This document shows positions 9,855 through 18,863 of a DNA stretch of 64,000 nt, piece after piece. The translations under genes were made by a program, and so were the position numbers. The stretch's first letter is position 1; the number at the start of each line of letters is the position of its first letter. The DNA is from an uncultured Solirubrobacterales bacterium (GTDB lineage Bacteria; Actinomycetota; Thermoleophilia; Solirubrobacterales; 70-9). The notes beneath the pieces were generated by a model. It was given only the letters and a program-made list of their open reading frames with translations, was not told the DNA's origin and did no database searches. Location: contig CAVSIL010000009.1 in assembly GCA_963727985.1 (NCBI GenBank), forward strand, positions 39,670-103,669, given 5' to 3'.

Positions 9855-10520
9855 TGTGCACCGATGGATGCATCGGTTGCCAGATCGCGCCTTCCCCGCG
9901 AGGACCGGATGGAGCAGACGCTGCTTGCGGCGCATGCGCTGTTTGCCGAGCGTGGCTACGCGGCGGTGAAGATGGATGAGATCGCGGCCGCGGTCGGGGT
10001 CACGAAGCCGCTGCTCTACAACTACTTCGGCAACAAGGAGCAGCTCTACATCACCTGCATGGAGCGGGCGGGCGACTCGCTGACGGCGACGGTGGCCGAG
10101 GCGGTTGCCGACAGCGACAGCCCCGGCGACGCGCTCGGGGCCGGCGTCCGTGCCTTCTTCGCCTTCCTCGACAGCGACCGGGCCGCCTGGGCGGTGCTCT
10201 TCGACGAGACCCTCCCCCGCGGCGGCGAGGTCGCCGAACGGGTCGCCGACTACCGCGGCGCGATCGTCGAGCTGGTCTCCGGCTCGATGCTGGCGCAGCT
10301 GCCACAGGGCAAGCGCGACGCCGCCCGGATCGAGATCGAGGCCCTCTCCACCGCCCTGCTCGGCGCCGCCGAGGCGCTCGCCCGCTGGTGGCTGCGGACC
10401 GAGGAGATCGGCGCCAACGACGCCGCCGAGCTGCTGATTTCGACGATCGAGCCCGGCCTGCGGGCCCGCTCGGGCTCCCCCACTTCCAACCCCCCCGACC
10501 AAGGAAACAACAACTCATGA
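9852..10520 (+). CDS. TetR/AcrR-family transcriptional regulator
   Basis: FAERGYAAVKMDEIAAAVGVTKPLLYNYFGNKEQLY is a TetR HTH. The stop overlaps the next start (ATGA). ATG 9864 is an alternative start. Confidence 0.85.
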   Translation: MCAPMDASVARSRLPREDRMEQTLLAAHALFAERGYAAVKMDEIAAAVGVTKPLLYNYFGNKEQLYITCMERAGDSLTATVAEAVADSDSPGDALGAGVRAFFAFLDSDRAAWAVLFDETLPRGGEVAERVADYRGAIVELVSGSMLAQLPQGKRDAARIEIEALSTALLGAAEALARWWLRTEEIGANDAAELLISTIEPGLRARSGSPTSNPPDQGNNNS

Positions 10521-13135
10521 ACAGCAAAACCCGCCGGGTTGCCGTCGTCGGCGGCAACCGGATCCCGTTCGCGCGCTCCAACAGCGTCTACTCGCACGCC
10601 TCCAACCAGGACATGCTCACCGCCGCCCTCGACGGGCTGATCGACCGCTTCAACCTCGACGGCGAGGCCCTCGGCGAGGTCGCCGGCGGCGCCGTGCTCA
10701 AGCACTCCCGCGACCGCGACCTGGCCCGCGAGAGCGTGCTCAGCACCCGCCTCGCCCCGGAGACCCCCGCCTACGACGTCCAGCAGGCCTGCGGGACCGG
10801 GCTGGAGACGACGATCCTCGTCGCCAACAAGATCGCCCTCGGGCAGATCGACTCCGGCATCGCCTGCGGCGCCGACACCACCTCCGACGCCCCGATCGCG
10901 CTCAACGAGCAGCTGCGCGAGACCCTGCTCGACGCCAACCGCCAGCGCTCGACCCTGGGCAAGCTGCGCACGCTGGCCAACGTCCGCCCCGGGCACATCG
11001 TTCCCTCGGTCCCCCGCAACGAGGAGCCGCGCACCGGCCTCTCGATGGGTGAGCACTGCGCGATCATGGCGACCGAATGGGAGATCGGCCGGACCGAGCA
11101 GGACGAGCTGACCCTGGCCAGCCACGAGAACCTCGCCGCCGCCTACGAGCGCGGCTTCCTCGATGACCTGATCACTCCCTACCTGGGCCTGGAGCGCGAC
11201 CAGAACCTGCGCCCGGGCTCCAGCCTGGAGAAGCTGGCGAAGCTGAAGCCGGTCTTCGGCGGCCCCGAGGGGACGATGACCGCGGCCAACTCGACCCCGC
11301 TCAGCGACGGCGCCTCGGCGGTGCTGCTGGCCTCCGAGGAGTGGGCGAAAGAGCGCGGCCTGCCGATCCTCGCCTACATCTCCGAGGGCCAGACCGCGGC
11401 CGTCGACCACGTCCACAAGCGCGAAGGGCTGCTGATGGCGCCCGCCTACGCGATGCCGACGATGCTCGACCGCGCCGGCCTGAAGCTGCAGGACTTCGAC
11501 TACTACGAGATCCACGAGGCCTTCGCCGCGCAGGTGCTGTGCACGCTGAAGGCCTGGGAGGACGCCGGCTTCTGCCGCGAGAAGCTGGGCCGCGACAAGC
11601 CGCTCGGCAAGATCGACCGCAAGAAGCTCAACGTCAACGGCGGCTCGCTGGCCGCCGCCCACCCGTTCGCGGCGACCGGCGGCCGCATCGTCGCCGGCCT
11701 CGCCAAGCAACTGCACGAAGACGGCACCGGCCGCGGCGTCATCAGCATCTGCGCCGCCGGCGGCCAGGGCGTCGTCGCCATCCTCGAGAGCGCCGGAGGC
11801 CAGCAAATGAGCGACCGTTACTCGCAACTCGTCAACGCGCCCGTCGTCTCGACGGTCGCCAAGCAGCTGGGGCTGCCGCAGCCGGTCAGCCTCGACCGCT
11901 ACCGGGAGGGCGCTCCGGTCGTGGCCGGGCCCGTCCTCAGCGGCGCCGCCCCCGGCGGTCGTCTCGACCAGTACCTGCCGGGCTTCCTCGACCGGATCAA
12001 GGCCGAACGGGCCGGGACCGAGGGCAAGGCGAAGGCGCTCGTCTTCGACGCCACCGGGATCGCCGACTCGACCGAGCTGGTCGAGCTGCAGCGCTTCTTC
12101 TACCCGGCGGTCGGCCGCCTGCAGCGCAGTGGCCGCGTCGTCGTCATCGGCACCCCGCCGGCCGCGGCCGGCTCCGCCCGCGCCCACACCGCCCAGCGGG
12201 CGCTGGAGGGCTTCACCCGCTCGCTCGCCAAGGAGATCGGCGGCCGCGGCGCAACCGCGCAGCTGGTCTACGTAGAGAAGGGCGCCGAGGGCGAGCTCGA
12301 CTCGACCCTGCGCTTCCTGCTCTCGCCGCGCTCGGCCTACGTCTCGGGCCAGGTCGTCCGCGTCGGCAAGGGCGTGACGGCAACGCCTCAGATCGACTGG
12401 GAGCGCCCGCTCGCCGGCAAGGTGGCCCTGGTCACCGGCGCCTCGCGCGGCATCGGCGCCGCGATCGCCGCCACCCTGGCCCGCGACGGCGCCAAGGTCG
12501 TCGGCCTCGACATCCCCCAGGCCGCCGACGACCTGCGCGCGGTCACCGGGGCGATCGACGGCGAGGCGCTCGGCCTCGACATCACCGCCGCGGACGCCCC
12601 GGAGCGGATCGCCTCGCACTTCGCCAAGGGCGGCGTCGACATCGTCGTCCACAACGCCGGCGTGACCAAGGACCGCACGCTGGCGAAGATGCCGGAAGAG
12701 CGCTGGGCGCAGCTGATGGAGATCAACCTCTCCTCCGAGGAGCGCATCAACGACGCCCTGCTCGACGGCAAGCGCCTCAACCCCAACGGCCGGATCGTCG
12801 GCGTCTCCTCGATGGCGGGGATCGCCGGTAACAACGGCCAGACCAACTACGCGACCTCCAAGGCCGGCGTGATCGGGATGGTCGAATCGATGGCGCCCGA
12901 GCTGGCCAAGCGCAAGGCGACGATCAACGCCGTCGCCCCCGGCTTCATCGAGACGAAGATGACCGCGGCGATGCCGATCGGCCCGCGCGAAGCCGGCCGC
13001 CGGCTCGCCAGCCTCAGCCAGGGCGGCCTGCCGGTCGACGTCGCCGAGACGATCGCCTGGTTCGCCAGCCCTGCCTCGACCGGCGTCAACGGCAACACCG
13101 TCCGCGTCTGCGGCCAGAGCCTGCTGGGGGCCTGA
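10517..13135 (+). CDS. Acetyl-CoA acetyltransferase (thiolase) and FabG4-type two-domain 3-oxoacyl reductase in one continuous 872-codon ORF
   Basis: The thiolase part runs 10517-11806 (QQACGTGLE, NVNGGSLAAAHPFAATG). From ATG 11807 (MSDRYSQLVNAPV..) the sequence is FabG4-like (GKVALVTGASRGIG, NYATSKAG). There is no stop between them. Confidence 0.85.
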   Translation: MNSKTRRVAVVGGNRIPFARSNSVYSHASNQDMLTAALDGLIDRFNLDGEALGEVAGGAVLKHSRDRDLARESVLSTRLAPETPAYDVQQACGTGLETTILVANKIALGQIDSGIACGADTTSDAPIALNEQLRETLLDANRQRSTLGKLRTLANVRPGHIVPSVPRNEEPRTGLSMGEHCAIMATEWEIGRTEQDELTLASHENLAAAYERGFLDDLITPYLGLERDQNLRPGSSLEKLAKLKPVFGGPEGTMTAANSTPLSDGASAVLLASEEWAKERGLPILAYISEGQTAAVDHVHKREGLLMAPAYAMPTMLDRAGLKLQDFDYYEIHEAFAAQVLCTLKAWEDAGFCREKLGRDKPLGKIDRKKLNVNGGSLAAAHPFAATGGRIVAGLAKQLHEDGTGRGVISICAAGGQGVVAILESAGGQQMSDRYSQLVNAPVVSTVAKQLGLPQPVSLDRYREGAPVVAGPVLSGAAPGGRLDQYLPGFLDRIKAERAGTEGKAKALVFDATGIADSTELVELQRFFYPAVGRLQRSGRVVVIGTPPAAAGSARAHTAQRALEGFTRSLAKEIGGRGATAQLVYVEKGAEGELDSTLRFLLSPRSAYVSGQVVRVGKGVTATPQIDWERPLAGKVALVTGASRGIGAAIAATLARDGAKVVGLDIPQAADDLRAVTGAIDGEALGLDITAADAPERIASHFAKGGVDIVVHNAGVTKDRTLAKMPEERWAQLMEINLSSEERINDALLDGKRLNPNGRIVGVSSMAGIAGNNGQTNYATSKAGVIGMVESMAPELAKRKATINAVAPGFIETKMTAAMPIGPREAGRRLASLSQGGLPVDVAETIAWFASPASTGVNGNTVRVCGQSLLGA

Positions 13136-13136
13136 G

Positions 13137-14087
13137 GTGGCGACCCGCACCCTCGAGGGCTCCCCGAGCATCCTGCCGCTCTACGCGCGGGCGGCGGCGC
13201 CGATGATCCCCGGCGCCTCGCTGCTGCCGTTCGTCCCCGGCGGCGGTGGCGAGATCCCCGACCTCGACCTGCGGCTGGAGGGCGTCGTCGCCGACCCGGC
13301 CGACGTCGCCGCCTACGCCAAGGTCTGCGGCTTCGCCCTGCGCGACTCGCTCCCCGTCACCTACCCCCACGTGCTCGCCTTCCCGCTGCACATGGCGGTG
13401 ATGGCCGACGGCGGCTTCCCCTTCGGCGCGGTCGGCCTGGTCCACGTCGAGAACCGGATCGAGCAGCGGCGCCGCGTCGGGATCGGCGAGGAGCTGACGA
13501 TCCGCGTCCGTCCGACCAAGCTCGCCCCCCACCCCAAGGGCCAGACCTTCTCCCTGCTGACCGAGGTCATCGCCGGCGACGAGCTCGTCTGGCAGGGCAC
13601 CAGCACCATGCTGCGCCGCGGCAAGCCCAGCACCTCACCCAGCTCCTCCGAACCGCATCAAGTTTCCCGCCCCCCAGCCAGGAAATTTGATGCAGTTCGG
13701 GAGGGGGAGCTGAAGGCCAGCGCCGAGTGGAGGCTCGGAGGCGACCTGGGGCGGCGCTACGCGGGCGTCTCCGGCGATCGCAATCCGATCCACATGCACT
13801 CGCTGACCGCGAAGCCGCTCGGCTTCCCGGGGGCGATCGCGCATGGAATGTGGACCAAGGCCCGCTGCCTGGCGGCGCTGGAGGGCCGCCTGCCCGATGC
13901 CTTCGCCGTCGACGTGCGTTTCCGCAAGCCGATCCTGCTGCCCGCCCGCGTCGAGTTCGCCAGCGTCACGGAGGGCGAGGAGATCGCCTTCGCCGTGCGC
14001 GACGCCAAGCGCCAGACCCCTCATCTCGACGGCCGCGTGACGCCGCTCAAGCCCAACTCCAAAGCCAAAACCAGGAGGAAGAAGTGA
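13137..14087 (+). CDS. MaoC-like double hot-dog (R)-hydratase/dehydratase (HtdX-like)
   Basis: GTG start 2 nt after the upstream stop. C-terminal hot-dog motif YAGVSGDRNPIHMHSLTAKPLGFPGAIAHGMW. Confidence 0.8.
   Translation: MATRTLEGSPSILPLYARAAAPMIPGASLLPFVPGGGGEIPDLDLRLEGVVADPADVAAYAKVCGFALRDSLPVTYPHVLAFPLHMAVMADGGFPFGAVGLVHVENRIEQRRRVGIGEELTIRVRPTKLAPHPKGQTFSLLTEVIAGDELVWQGTSTMLRRGKPSTSPSSSEPHQVSRPPARKFDAVREGELKASAEWRLGGDLGRRYAGVSGDRNPIHMHSLTAKPLGFPGAIAHGMWTKARCLAALEGRLPDAFAVDVRFRKPILLPARVEFASVTEGEEIAFAVRDAKRQTPHLDGRVTPLKPNSKAKTRRKK
13648..13700. repeat. Palindromic element family 1, copy 1 (inside the MaoC-like CDS, in frame)
   Basis: CCGAACCGCATCAAGTTTCC-N13-GGAAATTTGATGCAGTTCGG. Arms and loop match the copies at 21438 and 41183. 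Confidence 0.85.
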
Positions 14088-15436
14088 CCACGACCATCGA
14101 CAGCGAGAAGAGCGCCAGCGTCGCCGAGCGCGGCATGGGCTTCGGCCTGCGGCAGCTCAACCGCCTCGCCGGCTCCGATCTGCTGGACCGGATCCGGATC
14201 CGCAAGCAGGTCGAGCGCGCCCTCTTCCAGGGCACCAAGAACGGCTTCCAGACGGCGACCGCCGCCGGCCGCACCTTCAAGTCGGCGCAGCAGCTGGGCA
14301 AACCGGCGCGCCAGAAGAAGGGCAAGTCGAAGGGCCTCTTCGACCTCGGCCCCGACGACGAGCAGCAGATGTTCCAGGAGGGCGGCCGCGCCTTCGCCGC
14401 GGACAAGGTCCGCCCCGCCGCCCACGATGCCGACGCCGCCTGCGAGACCCCCAAGGAGCTGCTGGCGGAAGCCACCGAGCTCGGCGTCAACATGCTCGGC
14501 GTCCCCGAGGAGCTCGGCGGCGTCATGCACGAGCAGTCGGCCGTCACCAGCGTCCTGATCGGCGAGGCCCTCGCCCACGGCGACCTCGGCATCGCCTACG
14601 CCGCTCTCGCCCCCGGCGCCGTCGCCACCGCGATCGGCCTCTGGGGCAGCGCCGAGCAGGAGGCCACCTACCTGCCGGCCTTCACCGCCGAGGACGTCCC
14701 CGCGGCAGCGCTGGCGATCCTCGAGCCGCGGCCGCTGTTCGACCCGCTGAAGCTGGAGACGACGGCGAAGAAGAAAGGCGACGAGTGGGTCCTCAGCGGC
14801 GCCAAGTCGCTGCTGGCCCGGGCCAAGGAGTGCGAGCTGTTCGTGATCGCGGCCGAGGCCGAGGGCATCGGCCCGGCCTTCTTCGTGGTCGAGTCCGGCG
14901 CCAAAGGCCTCTCGGTCGAAGCCGAGCCGGCGATGGGCCTGCGCCCCGCCGCCACCGGCCGTCTGCTGATCGACAAAGTCAAGGTCCCGGCCAGCGCCCT
15001 GCTCGGCGAGGGCGAGTGCAAGCCGAAGGACTACACCGCGGCGATCAACCGCTCCCGCATCGCCTGGTGCGGCCTCGCGACCGGCACCGCCCAGGCCGTG
15101 CTCGACTACGTCATCCCCTACGTCAACGACCGTCAGGCCTTCGGCGAACCGATCTCCAACCGCCAGGGCGTCGCCTTCGCGGTCTCCGACATCGGCATCG
15201 AGAGCGATGCGATGCGGCTCGCCACCTACCGGGCGGCCTCCCGCGCCGACCGCGGCGAGAGCTTCGAGCGCGAGGCGGCGATCGCCCGCCGGCTCTGCGC
15301 CACGAAGGGGATGCAGATCGGCTCCCAGGGAGTGCAGCTGCTCGGCGGCCACGGCTTCGTCAAGGAGCACCCGGTCGAGCGCTGGTACCGGGACCTGCGA
15401 GCAGCGGGCGTGATGGAGGGCGCCCTGCTCGTCTAG
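14084..15436 (+). CDS. Acyl-CoA dehydrogenase-family protein with ~130-aa N-terminal extension
   Basis: AGGAGGA RBS and a GTG overlapping the upstream TGA. ACAD C-terminal motifs QLLGGHGFVKEHPVERWYRD. Confidence 0.8.
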   Translation: MTTTIDSEKSASVAERGMGFGLRQLNRLAGSDLLDRIRIRKQVERALFQGTKNGFQTATAAGRTFKSAQQLGKPARQKKGKSKGLFDLGPDDEQQMFQEGGRAFAADKVRPAAHDADAACETPKELLAEATELGVNMLGVPEELGGVMHEQSAVTSVLIGEALAHGDLGIAYAALAPGAVATAIGLWGSAEQEATYLPAFTAEDVPAAALAILEPRPLFDPLKLETTAKKKGDEWVLSGAKSLLARAKECELFVIAAEAEGIGPAFFVVESGAKGLSVEAEPAMGLRPAATGRLLIDKVKVPASALLGEGECKPKDYTAAINRSRIAWCGLATGTAQAVLDYVIPYVNDRQAFGEPISNRQGVAFAVSDIGIESDAMRLATYRAASRADRGESFEREAAIARRLCATKGMQIGSQGVQLLGGHGFVKEHPVERWYRDLRAAGVMEGALLV

Positions 15437-15469
15437 GCAACCGCCCAATTTGCGAAGCGAAAGGCAACG

Positions 15470-16675
15470 ATGATCAATCTCGAGATACCGAAGAAGTTCA
15501 AGCCACTGGTCAGCCAGGGCAACCAGGTCGCAAAGGAGGTCTTCCGGCCGATCTCCCGCAAGTACGACGAGGCCGAGCACGCCTACCCGAAAGAGCTCGA
15601 CATGCTGGCGTCGCTGATCGACGGCATGAACGAGGGCTCCGACATGGGCGGCGCCGGCGCCGCCGGAGTGCGCCGCGAGAAGAGCGACGATGGCGAGAAC
15701 CGCAACGGCTCCAACCTCTCAACCGTGCTCGGCATCATCGAGCTCTGCTGGGGCGACGTCGGCCTGCTGCTCTCGATGCCGCGCCAGGGTCTCGGCAACT
15801 CCGCCATCGCCTCGGTGGCGACCGCGGAGCAGCTGGAGCACTACGGCGGCAAGTGGGCAGCGATGGCGATCACCGAGCCGGAAGCCGGCTCGGACTCGGC
15901 CGCGATCCGGACCACGGCGGAGCTGGACGGCGACGAGTACGTCCTCAACGGCGAGAAGATCTTCGTCACCTCGGGCGACCGCGCCGATCTGATCGTGGTC
16001 TGGGCGACGCTCGACCGCGCCAAGGGGCGGGCGGCGATCAAGTCGTTCATCGTCGAGCGCGACAACCCCGGCCTGAAGCTGGACCGGCTCGAGCACAAGC
16101 TCGGGATCCGCGCCTCCGACACCGCCAACTTCACCCTGCAGGACTGCCGGGTGCCGAAAGAGGCGCTGCTCGGCGACCCGGAGGTGAAGGAGAAGGGCTT
16201 CGCCGGGGTGATGGAAACGTTCGACAACACGCGGCCGCTGGTCGCGGCGATGGCGGTCGGCGTCGCCCGGGCGGCGCTGGAGGAGACCCGCAAACAGCTG
16301 AAGGGCGCCGGGGTCACGGTCGACTACTCGACTCCCGCCCTCTCCCAGCACGCCGCCGCGGCGCGCTTCCTGGAGATGGAGGCCGACTACGAGGCGGCCT
16401 GGCTGCTGACCCTGCAGGCGGCCTGGATGGCCGACAACAGCAAGCCCAACTCGCTGCAGGCCTCGATGGCCAAGGCGAAGGCGGGGCGCGCCTGCGTCGA
16501 CATCACCCTCGGCTGCGTCGAGCTCTGCGGCAGCGTCGGCTACGCCGAGCACGAGCTGCTCGAGAAGTGGGCGCGGGACGCGAAGATCCTCGACCTCTTC
16601 GAGGGGACGCAGCAGATTCAGCTGCTGATCGTGGCTCGGCAGCTGCTAGGCAAGAGCTCGAGCGAACTTAGGTAG
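15470..16675 (+). CDS. Acyl-CoA dehydrogenase
   Basis: AMAITEPEAGSDSAAIRTTA, IFVTSG, LFEGTQQIQ (catalytic-Glu region). Confidence 0.85.
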   Translation: MINLEIPKKFKPLVSQGNQVAKEVFRPISRKYDEAEHAYPKELDMLASLIDGMNEGSDMGGAGAAGVRREKSDDGENRNGSNLSTVLGIIELCWGDVGLLLSMPRQGLGNSAIASVATAEQLEHYGGKWAAMAITEPEAGSDSAAIRTTAELDGDEYVLNGEKIFVTSGDRADLIVVWATLDRAKGRAAIKSFIVERDNPGLKLDRLEHKLGIRASDTANFTLQDCRVPKEALLGDPEVKEKGFAGVMETFDNTRPLVAAMAVGVARAALEETRKQLKGAGVTVDYSTPALSQHAAAARFLEMEADYEAAWLLTLQAAWMADNSKPNSLQASMAKAKAGRACVDITLGCVELCGSVGYAEHELLEKWARDAKILDLFEGTQQIQLLIVARQLLGKSSSELR

Positions 16676-16679
16676 GCGT

Positions 16680-16787
16680 AGGAGGGTCGGGGGTCTCTCC
16701 CGCGGAGACCGTCGCGCAGCTGGGTTGCTCGCGAGGGCTCAAGCGCGGTTCCTTGAGCCTCCGCGGGAGAGACCCCCGACCCTCCTC
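16680..16787. repeat. Long GC-rich inverted repeat (28-bp perfect arms, 51-nt spacer)
   Basis: AGGAGGGTCGGGGGTCTCTCCCGCGGAG at 16680-16707 is the exact reverse complement of 16759-16786. Confidence 0.9.
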
Positions 16788-16849
16788 CCCAAGCCGGGCT
16801 CGCCGAACATAGGACCGGCGCCCCGGCCTATGAGGCAGACTCCCGATCC

Positions 16850-18307
16850 GTGAATCTGATCGAGGACTTGATGGAGCGGTCGCCGGCTTCGCGGCTGGGG
16901 GTTGTGGCGGTGGATGGGGAGGCGAATCGGCGGGATTGGTACTTCGGTGAATTGATTGCTTGTTCGGCGGGGTTGTCGGGGGCGTTCGCGGCGCGGGGGG
17001 TGAAGCGTGGGGACGTGGTGATGACGCTGGTTGGGAACCGGGTCGAGTGGGTGCTGACGCTGCTCGCCTGCTGGCGGATGGGGGCGGTGGCGCTGCCGTG
17101 CAACACGCAGCTGCGGCGGCATGACCTCGAGCACCGGGTGGCGGCGGCGAATCCCAAGCTCTGCGTCGGCGAGGAAGCCCTGTTGGCGGAGCTGCCGGAC
17201 GGGGTGGCGACGATGACGATGGCGGAGGTCGCCGTGGTGCTCGACGAGGACCTGCCGCAGGAGGCGCCGGCGCCGGTCGAAGACATGGATCCGGAGGACC
17301 CGGCGCTGATCGTCTTCACCTCCGGCACCACCGGCGAGCCGCGCGGGGTCGTGCACGCCTACCGCTACCTGTTCGGCCAGCGGATCCAGGCCACGCACTG
17401 GTTCGGCTCGCGCCAGGGCGACCTCGCCTGGTGCACGACCGCGACCGGGTGGTCGAAGTCGGCCCGCAACGTCTTCCTCGCCCCCTGGCTGACCGGCGCC
17501 GCCGCGGTCATCCACGACGGCCGCTTCGACCCGGCCGAGCGGCTCGAGCTCGTCGCCGCGCTCGGCGTCAACGTCCTCTGTCAGGCCCCGACCGAGTACC
17601 GGATGATGGCCAAGCGCGCCAACCTGCACCCGCTCCCGAAGCTGCGGCGGATGGTCTCGGCCGGGGAGCCGCTGGACCCGGAGACGATCGCCGCCTTCCG
17701 CGCCGCGACCGGGCTCGAGCCGGCCGACGGCTACGGCCAGACCGAGACCGGCCAGGTCACCGCCAACCTCGCCGGCGAGGAGATCCGTGTGGGCTCGATG
17801 GGCAAACCGCTGCCCGGCCTCGAGACCCGGGTCGTCGGCGCCGAGAACGGCGGCCCGGGAGAACTGCGGCTGCGCGCCGCCTCCTCCCCCACCTTCTTCA
17901 GCCGCTACCTCGACGGCGAGCGCTTCGAGGGCGAGTGGTGGCCGACCGGCGACCTGGTCCGCGCCGATGCCGACGGCTACCTCTTCTTCGAGGGCCGCGA
18001 CGACGACATCATCCTCTCCTCCGGCTACCGGATCGGGCCCTTCGAGGTCGAGTCGGCGCTGCAGTCCCACCCCGCCGTCGCCGAGGCCGCCGCGGTCGCC
18101 GCGCCCGACCCCGAGCGCGGCGCCGTCGTCCGCGCCATCGTCGTCCCCCACGACCGCGAGCCCAGCGAGGAGCTGGCACGGGAGCTGCAGGAGCACTGCA
18201 AGCGCGTCGCCGCCCCCTACAAGTTCCCACGCATCGTCGAGTTCGTCGCCGAGCTACCGAAGACGAGCAGCGGCAAGATCAAGCGGGCGCAGCTGCGCCA
18301 GGAGTAA
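16850..18307 (+). CDS. AMP-dependent acyl-CoA synthetase/ligase
   Basis: IVFTSGTTGEPRGV, DGYGQTETG and SSGKIKR motifs. Confidence 0.9.
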   Translation: MNLIEDLMERSPASRLGVVAVDGEANRRDWYFGELIACSAGLSGAFAARGVKRGDVVMTLVGNRVEWVLTLLACWRMGAVALPCNTQLRRHDLEHRVAAANPKLCVGEEALLAELPDGVATMTMAEVAVVLDEDLPQEAPAPVEDMDPEDPALIVFTSGTTGEPRGVVHAYRYLFGQRIQATHWFGSRQGDLAWCTTATGWSKSARNVFLAPWLTGAAAVIHDGRFDPAERLELVAALGVNVLCQAPTEYRMMAKRANLHPLPKLRRMVSAGEPLDPETIAAFRAATGLEPADGYGQTETGQVTANLAGEEIRVGSMGKPLPGLETRVVGAENGGPGELRLRAASSPTFFSRYLDGERFEGEWWPTGDLVRADADGYLFFEGRDDDIILSSGYRIGPFEVESALQSHPAVAEAAAVAAPDPERGAVVRAIVVPHDREPSEELARELQEHCKRVAAPYKFPRIVEFVAELPKTSSGKIKRAQLRQE

Positions 18308-18316
18308 CCTGGTCCC

Positions 18317-18829
18317 GTGGCCACCACCGAGACAACCGGCGCGGCGACCGTCGCTCGCGCCTACTTCGAAGCGGTCGGCCGGCGCGACCTCGACGCGATG
18401 ACCGAGTTCTACGTGCCCGGCGGCGTCGGAGAGATCTACGGCCTGGTCCGGCTCGAAGTGCCGACCAGCTACCGGGCCTGGTTCGGCAACCTCTTCCGCG
18501 CCTTCCCCGACTTCAAGATGGAGATCGTCGAGATCGTCGCCGAAGGCGAGAAAGCCGCGGTGCGCTGGCGCGCCAACGGCAGCTTCAGCGGCGACACGAG
18601 CTTCGAAGGGCTGGACCCGAACGGCGCCACCGTCAACGTGCAGGGCTGCGATGTCCTCACCGTCCGCGATGGCCGCATCCAGCACAACGACGCCTACATG
18701 AACGGCGCCGAAATGATGCGCCAGCTCGGCGCCCTGCCACCCGTTGGATCCGCCCCCGAAAAGGCGATGACGACGGTACTCAACCTGAAGACGCGCCTGA
18801 CCGCCTGGGTCGCCGCCCGACGCGGCTGA
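18317..18829 (+). CDS. NTF2-fold SnoaL-like/ester cyclase family protein
   Basis: ARAYFEAVGRRDLDAM..FPDFKMEIVEIVAEGEKAAVRW..DGRIQHND pattern. Confidence 0.65.
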   Translation: MATTETTGAATVARAYFEAVGRRDLDAMTEFYVPGGVGEIYGLVRLEVPTSYRAWFGNLFRAFPDFKMEIVEIVAEGEKAAVRWRANGSFSGDTSFEGLDPNGATVNVQGCDVLTVRDGRIQHNDAYMNGAEMMRQLGALPPVGSAPEKAMTTVLNLKTRLTAWVAARRG

Positions 18830-18863
18830 ACCCCGGCCCCCTGGCCACAGCCGGCAAAGCAGC

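Noticed and set aside
10250-13171. Very long ORFs antisense to, or overlapping, real genes. Examples: 973 aa at 10250..13171 minus, 942 aa at 47389..50217 plus, 762 aa at 37673..39961 plus, and 396 aa at 5658..6848 minus.
   Set aside because: They are Arg/Gly/Pro/Ala-rich with no recognisable motifs. Each lies opposite a gene with strong family signatures. This is the usual stop-codon-poor shadow-ORF effect at about 70% GC.
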